A DNA stretch of 64,000 bases from Verrucomicrobiia bacterium (GCA_023953615.1 JAMLJH010000002.1:1318375-1382374); one strand, 5' to 3'; counted from the stretch's first letter, positions 1 through 10,110 are shown. The notes: generated by a model not told the origin, from the letters alone. Translations and numbers: made by a program.

Positions 1-1565
1 CGCCGTTGATTGCCCAGGCCGCGGTTGCCGCGACTGCCCGCGTATTCGTAATAAGGCAGGATGTCAAAACCGCGTTCACCCATGAGCGCGACAATTTGCG
101 CCCAGAGGTCCTTCGTGCTGCCGTTGAAATGCACCCAATCGTTTCCGCCATACGGCGTCGGATCCCAATGCTGACAAGCGCCAAATTCCAGCAGGTCTTT
201 GGTGTAAGTGTTCAATCCGAGGAAGCGCATCTGGTTCGCCTTGAACCGATACCAATCCAGTCGGTCGTTCACGCCGCGCTCGATTTCCTTGGCGCCTTCC
301 ATCACGCCATCCGACATTTCCTCACGCCAGAAGACGTGGCGACGAGGCAACGCCGCTGGCGGCCAAGGCAACGGTTGCGCCAGTGCCGTTTCATTTTCCA
401 CTTCGTAAAGGCGCAGGCGCGAAACCGCCGCGCCGCGCGAGGTGGGATCATTCGCCCGGGAAAACTGCGCGATCACGACATCAAAACCATCATCGGCGGT
501 GAGTCGGCGTTCCCCCGCACCGCGCAGAAACGCGAGATCGGGAAAGCGATCGTGCAGATTAAAATAGAGCGACCAGTTCTCGTAACGCCCCGAGAGCGGG
601 AGGCGCAACGACTCGGGATTGTTGTTGACGTATTTGGGATGGAGCGCATCGCCAATGGTCGTGCCGGTATGAAAACCGCGCGAGGTTTCGTTGCCGCCGT
701 TCATCACGATCACGCTGCGCGGTTGATCCTCGGGATACTCAACCGACAACACGTAAGCCGCGCCGGGCTTGAGTCGTTTCCATTTGCCGATGCGGAACGC
801 CAGATAGCTCGCTTCATCAGCGGCGGGTTGAAGCACGCGACACGGCTGACCGAGAATGGTTTCAACGCGGCTCGCCCGGGCCGGGCTTTCGCGGAATTGG
901 TGATCGGGTTCAGTCGCGGCGCAATCCACTTCATCCACCAATCGCACCCGACCGAACGGTGGCAGCTCGAGCCACGGTCGCCGGGCCAGTTCGGCTTCGG
1001 CTTGTTGTAAAGCGGCTTCGCGTTCGGCGTGTTCGCGAGCCGCCGCCGCTTTACGTTCGAGCCAGGCGCGATGCGCCTCGGGCGTAAATTCATAAAGGGC
1101 GATCTCGGCGAAATTTGCGCCCGAAGACTTCAGCTCGAGCTTCAAGTAACGCGTTGTAACTTCGAGCGGAATCCGAATCCAGTGCCGGTACGCATCACAA
1201 TCGTAGTTCGTAACCACTTGCCAGTGGCCCGGCTCGCCGGCGGCGATGTCGAACTCGCCTTCGTTGTGCGTATCAAAGACCCAAAGCGCGGAGAGATTAC
1301 GCGCCTGGCCAAGATCAATTGTGGCGCTGAAAGGAAACTGCCGCCAATGCTGCGAAGCCACACTCCATCCGTTCGTGGCGGCAAGTTGCGGCGGATCACC
1401 GACGCGCGCCTGTTCATCCACCAAACCGGAAAAGTCCGCCAACGGCGAACTGCTGCGGACCATCTCGGGTTGCAATGTCACCCGTTGTTCCTGAGCCGTC
1501 ACCGCGCCGGCCCACCACGACATCAGCAATCCGAAAGCGGCAATGATTCGGGAAGTTACAAACAT
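1..1565 (-). CDS. Secreted protein with N-terminal discoidin (F5/8 type C)-like domain; 3' end runs off the window (partial)
   Basis: Absent from the ORF track, because no stop codon falls inside the window. The reverse complement from the ATG at 1565-1563 reads MFVTSRIIAAFGLLMSWWAGAVTAQEQ (signal peptide). It continues ...TIDLGQARNLSALWVFDTHNEGEF...TRYLKLELKSSGANFAEIALYEF (discoidin-like), then a coiled-coil stretch and a long C-terminal region. I spot-checked stretches of the frame for stops, including 3..120 and 420..510, and the full by-eye translation to position 3 showed none. Plus-strand ORFs 6..1010 and 1029..1685 are shadow ORFs of this gene. Confidence 0.6.
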   Translation of the reverse strand, partial: MFVTSRIIAAFGLLMSWWAGAVTAQEQRVTLQPEMVRSSSPLADFSGLVDEQARVGDPPQLAATNGWSVASQHWRQFPFSATIDLGQARNLSALWVFDTHNEGEFDIAAGEPGHWQVVTNYDCDAYRHWIRIPLEVTTRYLKLELKSSGANFAEIALYEFTPEAHRAWLERKAAAAREHAEREAALQQAEAELARRPWLELPPFGRVRLVDEVDCAATEPDHQFRESPARASRVETILGQPCRVLQPAADEASYLAFRIGKWKRLKPGAAYVLSVEYPEDQPRSVIVMNGGNETSRGFHTGTTIGDALHPKYVNNNPESLRLPLSGRYENWSLYFNLHDRFPDLAFLRGAGERRLTADDGFDVVIAQFSRANDPTSRGAAVSRLRLYEVENETALAQPLPWPPAALPRRHVFWREEMSDGVMEGAKEIERGVNDRLDWYRFKANQMRFLGLNTYTKDLLEFGACQHWDPTPYGGNDWVHFNGSTKDLWAQIVALMGERGFDILPYYEYAGSRGNRGLGNQR

Positions 1566-1681
1566 GGTTTCAACTTTATGGCATCAGCCTGTCGCAAGTC
1601 GCCCGGATTCGTCAACTCCACATCGGAAACCCGCGACTTTGCGCGCTCGACAGGACTTCATCATTCCCGCCATGATGACGC

Positions 1682-4372
1682 ATGATGAGCTTTTGTCGGG
1701 TAATTGGCGTCCTGGTATTTTCCATCGGGTTCATGGCGCAAGCGGCCACCGTGGTTGAATCGGATATCTGCGTCTATGGCGGGACTTCCGGCGGCATTGC
1801 GGCGGCGGTGCAAGCCACGCGTCTGGGCAAAAGCGTTTCGCTCGCCGTGTTCAATACGGATTTGGGAGGCTTGACCACCGGCGGTCTGGGCGCCACCGAC
1901 GTGGGCAACATCGGCTCCATCGGCGGCGTCTCGCGCGAGTTTTATCGGCGCATCGGCCAGCGTTACAATCAAGTGGAACGCTTCAATTTCGAGCCGCACG
2001 TGGCGCGATCCGTGTACACCGACTGGCTGGCGGAAGTTGGCGTGACCCCGCGCTGGCATCAACGCCTTGCCGCCGTGACCAAGACCGGTCCCCGCATCAC
2101 CGAAATCACCATGGAAGACGGCACCATTTACCGCGCCCAAATGTTCATTGATGCAACCTACGAAGGCGATCTGATGGCGTTGGCCGGGGTGAGTTTCACT
2201 TTCGGTCGCGAGGGCACGAATGTTTATGGCGAATCACTGAACGGCATCCGCGCGGAAACGCCGTTTCATCAATTCACGGTGAACGTGGACCCGTACGTTG
2301 AACCTGGCAATCCGGCGAGTGGCTTGCTGCCGTTCATTCAGGCCGGCGACGGCGGCACGCCCGGCGACGGCGATCACCGCATCCAGGCCTTCAATTACCG
2401 CTTGTGTTTCACGCAAAATCCAACGAACCAACTGCCGCACGTCGTGCCGCCGGATTACGATCCCGCGCGGTACGAACTGTTGGGACGCCTGCTCGACGCG
2501 CAAGTGGCCGCGGGTGAAACGCCCACGCTCAATCAGTTCTTCGGCGTGATCAACATGCCCAACGGCAAGACCGACATGAACAACAAGGGCGCGTTTTCCA
2601 CCGATTTCATCGGCATGAATTACACCTATCCAACCAACACGTACGCCGCGCGCGAGCAGATGGATCGTGAGCATCTCGAATACCTGCAGGGCCTGGTTTA
2701 TTACCTCGCCACCAGTCCGCGGTCTCCCGCCGCTTTGCGCGCCGAAATGCTGAGCTGGGGACCGTGCCGGGATGAATGGCCGGAGACCGGCGGTTATTCG
2801 CCGCAAATCTACGTGCGGGAAGCGCGGCGCATGCTCAGCGATTACGTGATGACGCAAGCTGATTGCCAGAGCACGCGGCGGGCGGCGGATTCCATCTGCC
2901 TCGGGTCCTACAACATGGATTCGCACAACTGCCAGCGCGTCGTCCAAAACGGTTGGGTGCGCAATGAAGGCGACGTGCAGGTTCGTTCGCCCATTCCCTA
3001 TCCGATTTCCTACCGCTCCATCGTGCCGCGCGCGGACGAATGTGAAAACCTCTTCGTCACCTTCGCCATCGCGGCAAGTCACATCGCCTTCGGCTCCACC
3101 CGCATGGAGCCCGTGTTCATGATGGCGAGCCAATCCGCCGCCACCGCCGCCGCGTTCGCGATTGACGACGGCGTGCCGGTGCAGCAGGTCCATTACGACA
3201 AACTCGCGTTGCAACTGCGCGCCGACGGACAAATTCTGACCTGGGGCGACCCCGGCGTGAGCGGAGTGGTGGTGGATAATTCCGATCCGCAAGTCGCGTT
3301 CAGCGGCGTCTGGAGCAACAGTACTTCGGTGGCTGGTTATTGGGGGAATAATTACGCGCATGACGGCGACGAACTGAAGGGCATCAAAATGGCGGTGTTC
3401 CGTCCCAACCTGCCCGCCACGGATTTGTATGACGTTTATCTCCACTGGACGACGCACCCGAACCGCGCCACCAATGTCCCGGTGGACCTCGTGCATCCGG
3501 CTGGAGTCGAAACGGTGAGCGTGGATCAAACCCAGCATAACGGCACGTGGATGCGTCTGCTCACCACCAATTTCAACGCGGGCACAAATGGCTATCTGCG
3601 TCTGCGTACCACGGGCACGAGCGGCTTTGTGATCGCCGATGCCGCGCGTTGGGTTGCCGCCGCGGACAGCGATCAACCCGAGGTGCAACTCATCGCCTCC
3701 GATCCCGTGACGAGTGAAACTGGAAAAACGGCCCGACTGCTGTTCAGTCGGCCGGCGTTTGCCACCAACACAACCATCACGGTGCATTATCAATTGAGCG
3801 GCACGGCGACCAGCGGCGTGGACGTGGAAGCCTTGCCCGGTTCGGTCATTTTGCCGGCGGGCACGCCGAACGTGAGCGTGACGGTTTCCGCCATCAATGA
3901 CGCGATTCCTGAGGGCGATAAAACACTGACCCTGACCCTCGCTCCCGGAACGGACTATCAAATCGGCGCGCTGAACACGGCGACGGTGCGGGTCTTGGAC
4001 ACGCCGTTTGACGGTTGGCGGTTCAAACACTTTTCCGCCAGCGAACTGACCCAGCCCGAAGTGAGCGGCCCCGAGACGGATCCGGATCAGGATGGCGCGA
4101 GTAACTGGCAGGAGTTTCTGGCCGGCACCGATCCGCATAATGCCGCCAGTGTGCTGCGCGTGCGCATTGATGCCGCCACCAACACGGCAGTCATTCAATT
4201 CCTGGCCGGCGCCAATCGTGCGTTCACTTTGCAGTATCGCGACGACTTACGGACGGGTAACTGGCAGGACTTTACCAACCTTGCGCCTGCGGAAATTGCA
4301 CGAACGATCGTTTGCACCGACGTGCTCCCGGCGGGTTTGACCAACCGATTTTACCGCGTCCGGGTGCCTTGA
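1682..4372 (+). CDS. FAD-dependent oxidoreductase (FAD_oxidored family) with C-terminal Calx-beta-like domain
   Basis: 896 aa. Signal-like N-terminus, then the dinucleotide-binding motif ICVYGGTSGGIAAAVQATRLG. The C-terminus carries TVHYQLSGTATSGVDVEALPG...EGDKTLTLTL (Calx-beta-like) and a DPDQDGASNWQEFLAGTDP motif. Confidence 0.7.
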   Translation: MMSFCRVIGVLVFSIGFMAQAATVVESDICVYGGTSGGIAAAVQATRLGKSVSLAVFNTDLGGLTTGGLGATDVGNIGSIGGVSREFYRRIGQRYNQVERFNFEPHVARSVYTDWLAEVGVTPRWHQRLAAVTKTGPRITEITMEDGTIYRAQMFIDATYEGDLMALAGVSFTFGREGTNVYGESLNGIRAETPFHQFTVNVDPYVEPGNPASGLLPFIQAGDGGTPGDGDHRIQAFNYRLCFTQNPTNQLPHVVPPDYDPARYELLGRLLDAQVAAGETPTLNQFFGVINMPNGKTDMNNKGAFSTDFIGMNYTYPTNTYAAREQMDREHLEYLQGLVYYLATSPRSPAALRAEMLSWGPCRDEWPETGGYSPQIYVREARRMLSDYVMTQADCQSTRRAADSICLGSYNMDSHNCQRVVQNGWVRNEGDVQVRSPIPYPISYRSIVPRADECENLFVTFAIAASHIAFGSTRMEPVFMMASQSAATAAAFAIDDGVPVQQVHYDKLALQLRADGQILTWGDPGVSGVVVDNSDPQVAFSGVWSNSTSVAGYWGNNYAHDGDELKGIKMAVFRPNLPATDLYDVYLHWTTHPNRATNVPVDLVHPAGVETVSVDQTQHNGTWMRLLTTNFNAGTNGYLRLRTTGTSGFVIADAARWVAAADSDQPEVQLIASDPVTSETGKTARLLFSRPAFATNTTITVHYQLSGTATSGVDVEALPGSVILPAGTPNVSVTVSAINDAIPEGDKTLTLTLAPGTDYQIGALNTATVRVLDTPFDGWRFKHFSASELTQPEVSGPETDPDQDGASNWQEFLAGTDPHNAASVLRVRIDAATNTAVIQFLAGANRAFTLQYRDDLRTGNWQDFTNLAPAEIARTIVCTDVLPAGLTNRFYRVRVP

Positions 4373-4409
4373 TCCGCTTCGTGGCCCCATCAACCTTTAG
4401 TTTGCAGCC

Positions 4410-6002
4410 ATGACTCAAACCGCCAGCACCATCGGTCCCGAAGCCCCATCGGCTGCGCCACAATCCCCGAAAACCTTCGGACGCGCTTTCTGGGTGCTCA
4501 ACTCCATCGAGATGTGGGAGCGGCTGGCGTTTTACAATCTGCGCGTGATGGCGCCGATTTACATCATGCAGGCCGACAATCCCGGTGGCTTGCATTTGAC
4601 CGCGGCGGACAAGGGCACGATCTACGCGTGGTGGGCGGCCTTTCAATCGTTGCTGCCCATTGTCACCGGCGGATACGCGGACCGATTCGGCTACAAGCGG
4701 ACGCTGGGCTTCGCGCTGACCTTGATGCTGCTGGGTTATCTGATGATCGCCTTTTTGCGCGACGTCGGTTTCGTCAGCAACTACTGGGGCTTTTTTCTTG
4801 GCATCATGGTGTTGGCGACGGGCACGGCCTTTTTCAAACCCAGTTTGCAAGGTTCACTCGCGCACCATTTGCCCAAGGAAAAATCCTCGGTGGGTTGGAG
4901 CATCTTCTACTGGATCGTGAACGTCGGCGCGTTCATCGGCCATTATCTGCCCACGATCATGTTGGGTTTGAGCGTGCTGCTGCCGGGTTGGTTGCACGCC
5001 ACGGCTCATTCACCGGGAGCCTGGCGCAACCTCTTCCTCGCCTCGGCACTGTTCACTTCGTTCAACCTGCTCCTGCTGTTTTTCGTCAAGGACGTGCCGA
5101 GTGGCGCGTCCAAAACGGAAACCATCTGGCAAGTGCTTTGGCGGACGGTGCGGGACGTGATTGAACCGCGACTGCTGGCCTGGCTGGCGATCATGTCGTG
5201 CTTCTGGTTGATGATGTATCAACTCTGGGACTTGCAACCGAACTTCATCGCCGACTGGGTGGAGAGCGGTCAACTCGCGGCGGGATTACAGTGGTTGCCG
5301 GCTGGAATCTATGCGGCCCTGGTGGAGGAAACGGCGCGCGGTCCGATGATTCCACAGCAGATTTTGCTCAGCGCCAATTCACTGTTCATCATTCTTGGCG
5401 TCGTGGGCGTGGGCTGGTTGACCCGCAAATTGCGCACGCTGACGGCCATGCTGATCGGCATGGGGCTGGCCACGGTGGGAATTCTCGTGGCCGGTTGGAC
5501 CATGAACGCCTGGATTCTGGTGCTGGGAATTTTGTTTTTCTCCCTGGGCGAAATGGCGACTGGACCGAAGAAAATCGAATATCTATCGCTGATCGCGCCA
5601 CCGGGTAAGAAGGGGCTTTATCTCGGTTACGCCAATATTCCCGTGGGAGTGGGCGTCTATGTCGGCTCTAAACTCGCCGGCTACGTTTATGGTCATTATG
5701 GCGAGAAAGCGATGTTGGCCTTGCGCTATCTGGCCGAGAAAACACCGTTCGGTGCGGATCGAAGCTGGAACGGAGACATGACTCAACTGGAAACCGTGCT
5801 GGGCGTGTCGCGCACCGAGGCCATGAACCAACTGCAGCAGGTCACCGGGTTGGATGCCGTGGCCGCGACGCGGCTGCTTTGGGACACGTATCATCCACAA
5901 ATCAGTGTGTGGGTGCCGTTTGCCTTGATCGGTGTGGTGGCGGTAATTGCGCTCTGGTTTTTTGGACGCGCCGCACGCCGGTGGCAGGACATGAACGCCT
6001 GA
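4410..6002 (+). CDS. MFS transporter, POT/PTR2 (proton-dependent oligopeptide) family
   Basis: 530 aa polytopic membrane protein. Contains EMWERLAFYNLR and GGYADRFGYKRT, which resemble the PTR2 signatures. Confidence 0.75.
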   Translation: MTQTASTIGPEAPSAAPQSPKTFGRAFWVLNSIEMWERLAFYNLRVMAPIYIMQADNPGGLHLTAADKGTIYAWWAAFQSLLPIVTGGYADRFGYKRTLGFALTLMLLGYLMIAFLRDVGFVSNYWGFFLGIMVLATGTAFFKPSLQGSLAHHLPKEKSSVGWSIFYWIVNVGAFIGHYLPTIMLGLSVLLPGWLHATAHSPGAWRNLFLASALFTSFNLLLLFFVKDVPSGASKTETIWQVLWRTVRDVIEPRLLAWLAIMSCFWLMMYQLWDLQPNFIADWVESGQLAAGLQWLPAGIYAALVEETARGPMIPQQILLSANSLFIILGVVGVGWLTRKLRTLTAMLIGMGLATVGILVAGWTMNAWILVLGILFFSLGEMATGPKKIEYLSLIAPPGKKGLYLGYANIPVGVGVYVGSKLAGYVYGHYGEKAMLALRYLAEKTPFGADRSWNGDMTQLETVLGVSRTEAMNQLQQVTGLDAVAATRLLWDTYHPQISVWVPFALIGVVAVIALWFFGRAARRWQDMNA

Positions 6003-6023
6003 CCACATCAGACTCGTGCGGGT

Positions 6024-7364
6024 TTATGGCCGCACAAAATCGCTGGGGACCAATTCGCGCACCGCGTCCACAATCAACTGCTCGACGCCCGGCGCCAAAC
6101 GGGTGGGCAAGCCGTAATACGTCATCGCCCCACCGCCTTCGTAGCTGCCTTCGGTCAAAATCCGTTCGGACGGAATGTAGCAAGGCACGTCATTGGCATA
6201 GGCATTGACCCACAGCCGGGACGCATCCAGTTCGCGCTTCAAGCGCAATGAATAATCCACCACGACTTCTCCCGGCAGAAACACCAATCCGAGGTCCGAG
6301 CCGAAGTTCCAGGTTTGCACCAGATACGGCAGCTTCGTGGGCAACGCCTCACCGCGCTCCAGTTTCGCCAAAGTCCAACGCGCGTGGTAGCCCACGTAAT
6401 CCTTCTGTTCCGCGCGCCGCTCGAATTCCGCTTGCGTGGGCAATGAGTCGAACGGCAACGCAATTTCTTTGGTCACACAACGCAACGGCCCGTTCACCGG
6501 CTTGAGCGTTCCCCGCAGCAGGTGGTTCACGTTGGTGGCGATCTCGCGACCGTGCTCCTGCGCCAGACTCAACGTGCCGCGCGGTTGCGGATTGGAATCC
6601 GCCCCGCAACCAATCGTCACCAACACCGTCGCGCCGGGATGATCCTGCTGCAGATATTCCTTCGCGTAACCCGCCCAGTCGCCGCAAATCTCGTTCTCGC
6701 GCGGATCAATGGAGGTGCAATGACAGGCGTAACTAACCAGCACCACCCGCAATTTCCCATCGGCATCGTGCGCGGCCAGCACCGGCAGATCGTGATCCAC
6801 CGGACCGCCCTTGGTGCGGCGATTCGCCGCGAAACCGGCCTGCCCCTGCGTCCAACCCAGCCGCGCCGGTTGCCGCGCTTTTAAGGCGTCCAAGGCGACG
6901 CGCTCCAACGCGTCCGTCAGTTCCCGCGTATAGCGTTGCACGTGCGCCTCGTGTTCTGGTGGCAGCGGCATCCCGAACAGGGTTGGTAAATAGCCGGCCA
7001 GAAACGGCGCGGTGTGCGTATGCGTCGAGCAAACCGTCACGCGCCGCGGGTCAATTTGCTTTTGTGCCAGACGCGACGCGACAGCATCGCGAACGGACTT
7101 GGGCACTCCCGTTGCGTCCACGGTGATTAGAACCACCGGACCTTCCGTGTCGGTGCCAATGGCCAGAGCCTTGGCCCAGATGCGCTGCGCCACGTTGGTG
7201 GCTTCCGTGGTGCGCACGGCGTAACCGCTCAACCGGATCGGAAAATCCGGAGTAATATCCACACTGGCTGCCCCGATTGAACGCAGCCCTTCCTGACCGC
7301 TCAACGGCAGACTGGCCAGCGCGAGAACCGCAAGGGTCATGATTAAAGATGGTCGAAGTTTCAT
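6024..7364 (-). CDS. Secreted hydrolase resembling the neutral/alkaline ceramidase N-terminal domain family
   Basis: Signal peptide MKLRPSLIMTLAVLALASLPLSG, then GAASVDITPDFPIRLSGYAVR... . The ATG at 7364 is preferred over the upstream start at 7394 used in the ORF track. Confidence 0.5.
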   Translation of the reverse strand: MKLRPSLIMTLAVLALASLPLSGQEGLRSIGAASVDITPDFPIRLSGYAVRTTEATNVAQRIWAKALAIGTDTEGPVVLITVDATGVPKSVRDAVASRLAQKQIDPRRVTVCSTHTHTAPFLAGYLPTLFGMPLPPEHEAHVQRYTRELTDALERVALDALKARQPARLGWTQGQAGFAANRRTKGGPVDHDLPVLAAHDADGKLRVVLVSYACHCTSIDPRENEICGDWAGYAKEYLQQDHPGATVLVTIGCGADSNPQPRGTLSLAQEHGREIATNVNHLLRGTLKPVNGPLRCVTKEIALPFDSLPTQAEFERRAEQKDYVGYHARWTLAKLERGEALPTKLPYLVQTWNFGSDLGLVFLPGEVVVDYSLRLKRELDASRLWVNAYANDVPCYIPSERILTEGSYEGGGAMTYYGLPTRLAPGVEQLIVDAVRELVPSDFVRP

Positions 7365-7403
7365 GCGTGACGTTGGGGGTGGTGGCCGTGGCAAAAATGG
7401 AAA

Positions 7404-8438
7404 TCAAAGCGTCACAACCTGCCCGGTGTTGATGGACCGTTCTTCCGCTTCGCAGATTTCCACCGCGCTTAACGCATCCGCCGCCGTGACAATCGAGGGC
7501 GGTCGGCCCGTTTGAATGCACTCGACCAGATGCCGTAATTCTTCCACGTAACCATCCACGCCTTCCGGTTTGATGGTGCGGGTGGGCTGGCCTTCCTCAT
7601 CCACGCGCAAAGCATCCGCACCGCGCGCGCTGTCGTAGTCCACCGTGGCCTTCTCGCACATGATGGTGTACGACATGTTGAATCCCGCCGTCAGCAGCCA
7701 ACTGCCTTCGGCGTAAACCGTCGCGCCGTTGGCCACGTGATATTGGGTCACGACGTGATCAATCGCGCCGCTGAACCGGCTCAGGCCGGTGGCATACACG
7801 CGCTGCGGTCGGCCAAACGCGAACTGCACAAAATCCGTATCGTGAATGTGCAAATCCAGCAGCGCGCCGCCCGATTCGCCACCGTTGAAATACGCTTTGC
7901 GACTCCACCCCGGCGGCGCGGACACCCGCCGAAACCGCGCCGTCAGAATTTTGCCGTACGTTTGTTTCGCCTCCAGCTCCTTCACCCAGGACCAGCCCGG
8001 CCAGAACCGCATGCACATGGCCGGCATGAAAAATCCCTTGGCGGATTTGGCGGCGGCGACAATTTCCCGCGACAGGGCGGACGTGCGCGCCAGCGGTTTT
8101 TCACACAAGACATGGCGACCCGCGGCCAGCGCGGCTACGGCTTGCGGCACGTGCAAAGGAGTGGGCACACACAGATCAATCAAATCCACGCCGTCATCCT
8201 TGAGCAGGTCGTCCAACTCCTTGTAGGCACGAACGTCCCGACCCAATTCCAGCGCGTCGGAACTGCTGATGTTCCCGCTGATGCCCGGCAACACGCCGTT
8301 GACCGGTTGCCGGTAGGCGTCGCAAACGGCCACCAGTTTGGCGTTGGGTAATTGTTGATACGATTTGATGTGCGTGATGCCCATGAAACCCAGGCCGACC
8401 ACGGCCACGTTCACGGGACGAGAGGATGCGTTGCTCAT
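7404..8438 (-). CDS. Gfo/Idh/MocA family NAD(P)-dependent oxidoreductase
   Basis: 344 aa. N-terminal Rossmann motif VNVAVVGLGFMGITHIKSY...AKLVAVCD and the typical EKP motif (LCEKPLA). Confidence 0.8.
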   Translation of the reverse strand: MSNASSRPVNVAVVGLGFMGITHIKSYQQLPNAKLVAVCDAYRQPVNGVLPGISGNISSSDALELGRDVRAYKELDDLLKDDGVDLIDLCVPTPLHVPQAVAALAAGRHVLCEKPLARTSALSREIVAAAKSAKGFFMPAMCMRFWPGWSWVKELEAKQTYGKILTARFRRVSAPPGWSRKAYFNGGESGGALLDLHIHDTDFVQFAFGRPQRVYATGLSRFSGAIDHVVTQYHVANGATVYAEGSWLLTAGFNMSYTIMCEKATVDYDSARGADALRVDEEGQPTRTIKPEGVDGYVEELRHLVECIQTGRPPSIVTAADALSAVEICEAEERSINTGQVVTL

Positions 8439-8459
8439 GTTAATTTTAAGGAGTTAAAG

Positions 8460-9290
8460 TTACAGTTTTTCCACCAACTCGCGGGCGGTGCGAATATCCG
8501 CCACGCGTTGATTGCCCGCCTCGCGTTCAATGCAGAGATCGCCTTGAAAACCGAGTTGATTCAGCGTGGCAAAAAATTGTTTCCAATCCACTTCCCCCGT
8601 GCCGGCAGCGACTTCTTCGCCCCAGGTGCCGGGCACTTTCGTGCGGCGCGCGTCCTTGATGTGAACCTGCCGCAACCACGGCGACAACTGACGCAACGCT
8701 TCGATGGGATCGCCCTTGTCATACAGAATCATGTTGGCGGGATCAAAATTTACGCCCACGTTGGGCTGGTTCAGTTGACGGAGAAATTCCGCCAGCACCG
8801 CCGCAGTTTCCTGACCGGTCTCCAAACCCAGCGCCAGACCTTGCGCCTGGAAGACATCCGCTGTTTGCATCAACCGCTGCTTGAGCTTGGCGAAATCGCG
8901 ATCGGCCGGTTCATGCGGCAGAAAACCCGCGTGAAAGGTCACCAGCTTCAAACCGAGCTGACTGGCAATCGTGGCGGTGGCCTGGATGTTTTTCCAATTC
9001 TGCTCCCAAGTGGCGTCGGGGGCGATGCCGCCCGTGCGCCGGATGGTTTCCATCGAGGTATAATCTTCACCCACACAACCGAACATACCCGAGGCAATGC
9101 CGATTCCGGCCTGTCGCAACAACTCGGGCGTCCGACGCCAGCCGGCGGGATCATCGCGCAACGGATCCAGGGCCAGTTGCACCCGAGTCACCCCGGTGGG
9201 TTGCAATTTGGAAATCAGGTCTTCCGGACTGGTGGGTTGGAGTGACCAACTACACACCGCGAGACGTTGGCGGATGGTTTGCAAACTCAT
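8460..9290 (-). CDS. Sugar phosphate isomerase/epimerase (xylose isomerase-like TIM barrel)
   Basis: 276 aa. Motifs VTFHAGF, GLETGQE, VNFDPANMILY and HIKD are typical of the AP_endonuc_2 / xylose isomerase-like fold. Apparently co-oriented in an operon with the Gfo/Idh/MocA gene. Confidence 0.7.
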   Translation of the reverse strand: MSLQTIRQRLAVCSWSLQPTSPEDLISKLQPTGVTRVQLALDPLRDDPAGWRRTPELLRQAGIGIASGMFGCVGEDYTSMETIRRTGGIAPDATWEQNWKNIQATATIASQLGLKLVTFHAGFLPHEPADRDFAKLKQRLMQTADVFQAQGLALGLETGQETAAVLAEFLRQLNQPNVGVNFDPANMILYDKGDPIEALRQLSPWLRQVHIKDARRTKVPGTWGEEVAAGTGEVDWKQFFATLNQLGFQGDLCIEREAGNQRVADIRTARELVEKL

Positions 9291-9380
9291 GCTGACAAGA
9301 GAACAGTTTTACGCGCCAAGCTCAATAACACATTTGTCGGCTGTAAAACCCGCCGCCCCTGCCAACTGCGATGGCAGCGA

Positions 9381-10110
9381 GAAGGCGGAACTACAAACTC
9401 CACTCTTCTCGTTCGTAGTCCTGGCTTTAGCCGGCAGCAACGTGGTCACTTTGTAATACGCTCCCTTGTGCCTCGCCCCCGCCTGAAGGCGGAACTACAA
9501 ACTTCGCCCTCCTCGCTTGTAGCCCCGGCTTCAGCCGGAATTGGCCGATCCCAATCGCGATGAATCATCAAAGCAAAGAGCACCGTATTGGAATACTGTT
9601 CGTGCCTCTGTGCCTCTGTGGCTAAACCGAATACATTCACCGCCTGAAGGCGGAACTACAAACTTTGCCCTTCCCGCTCGTAGTCCCGGCTTTAGCCGGA
9701 ATTGGCCGATCCCAATCGCGATGAATCATCAAAGCAAAGAGCACCGTATTGGAATACTGTTCGTGCCTCTGTGCCTCTGTGGCTAAACCGAATACATCCC
9801 CCGCCTGAAGGCGGAACTACAAACTTTGCTCTTCCCGCTCGTAGTCCCGGCTTCAGCCGGAATTGGCCGACCCCAATCACGATGAATCATCAAAGCAAAG
9901 AACACCGTATTGGAATACTCTCCGCGGCTCTGCGCCTCTGTGGCTAAATCGAATACATTCCCCGCCTGAAGGCGGAACTACAAACTTCGCCCTCCTCGCT
10001 TGTAGTCCCGGCTTTAGCCGGAAGCAACGCAGTCACTCTGTAATACGCTCCCTTGTGCCTCGCCCCGCCTGAAGGCGGGACTACAAACTTTGCCCTTCCC
10101 GTTCGTAGTC
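9381..10110. repeat. Composite intergenic tandem repeat array: six ~54-bp structured cores separated by two recurring spacer types
   Basis: The core is GAAGGCGGAACTACAAAC-N16/17-GTAGTCCCGGCTTTAGCCGG. Copies start at about 9381, 9484, 9645, 9806, 9967 and 10070 (the last truncated). Spacer order is short(46)-long(106)-long-long-short. The three long units form a 161-bp period, matching the ORF-track artefacts at 9541, 9702 and 9863. Each core contains hairpins CCGCC-TGAA-GGCGG and CCGGC-TTTA-GCCGG plus an ACTAC...GTAGT stem. Confidence 0.85.

Noticed and set aside
6-1685. Plus-strand ORFs 6..1010 (334 aa) and 1029..1685 (218 aa)
   Set aside because: Arg/Ala/Gly-rich low-information translations lying antisense to a well-formed minus-strand gene. 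They are typical high-GC shadow ORFs.
2234-4198. 654-aa minus-strand ORF antisense to the FAD-oxidoreductase gene
   Set aside because: Shadow ORF with R/G/A/H-rich composition and no motifs. The plus-strand gene has clear FAD and Calx-beta motifs.
9541-10072. Three ~81-aa ORFs (MADPN(R/H)DESSKQR(A/T)PYWNT...) plus a 69-aa relative
   Set aside because: They start exactly 161 bp apart and simply translate the tandem repeat. There is no RBS and no independent coding signal.
9381-10110. Possible CRISPR array (regularly spaced repeats next to a tRNA)
   Set aside because: The 'spacers' are themselves repeated (two recurring spacer types, three nearly identical 106-bp ones). Repeats are 54 bp with variable internal loops, and there are no cas genes. 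This is a tandem or composite extragenic repeat, not CRISPR.
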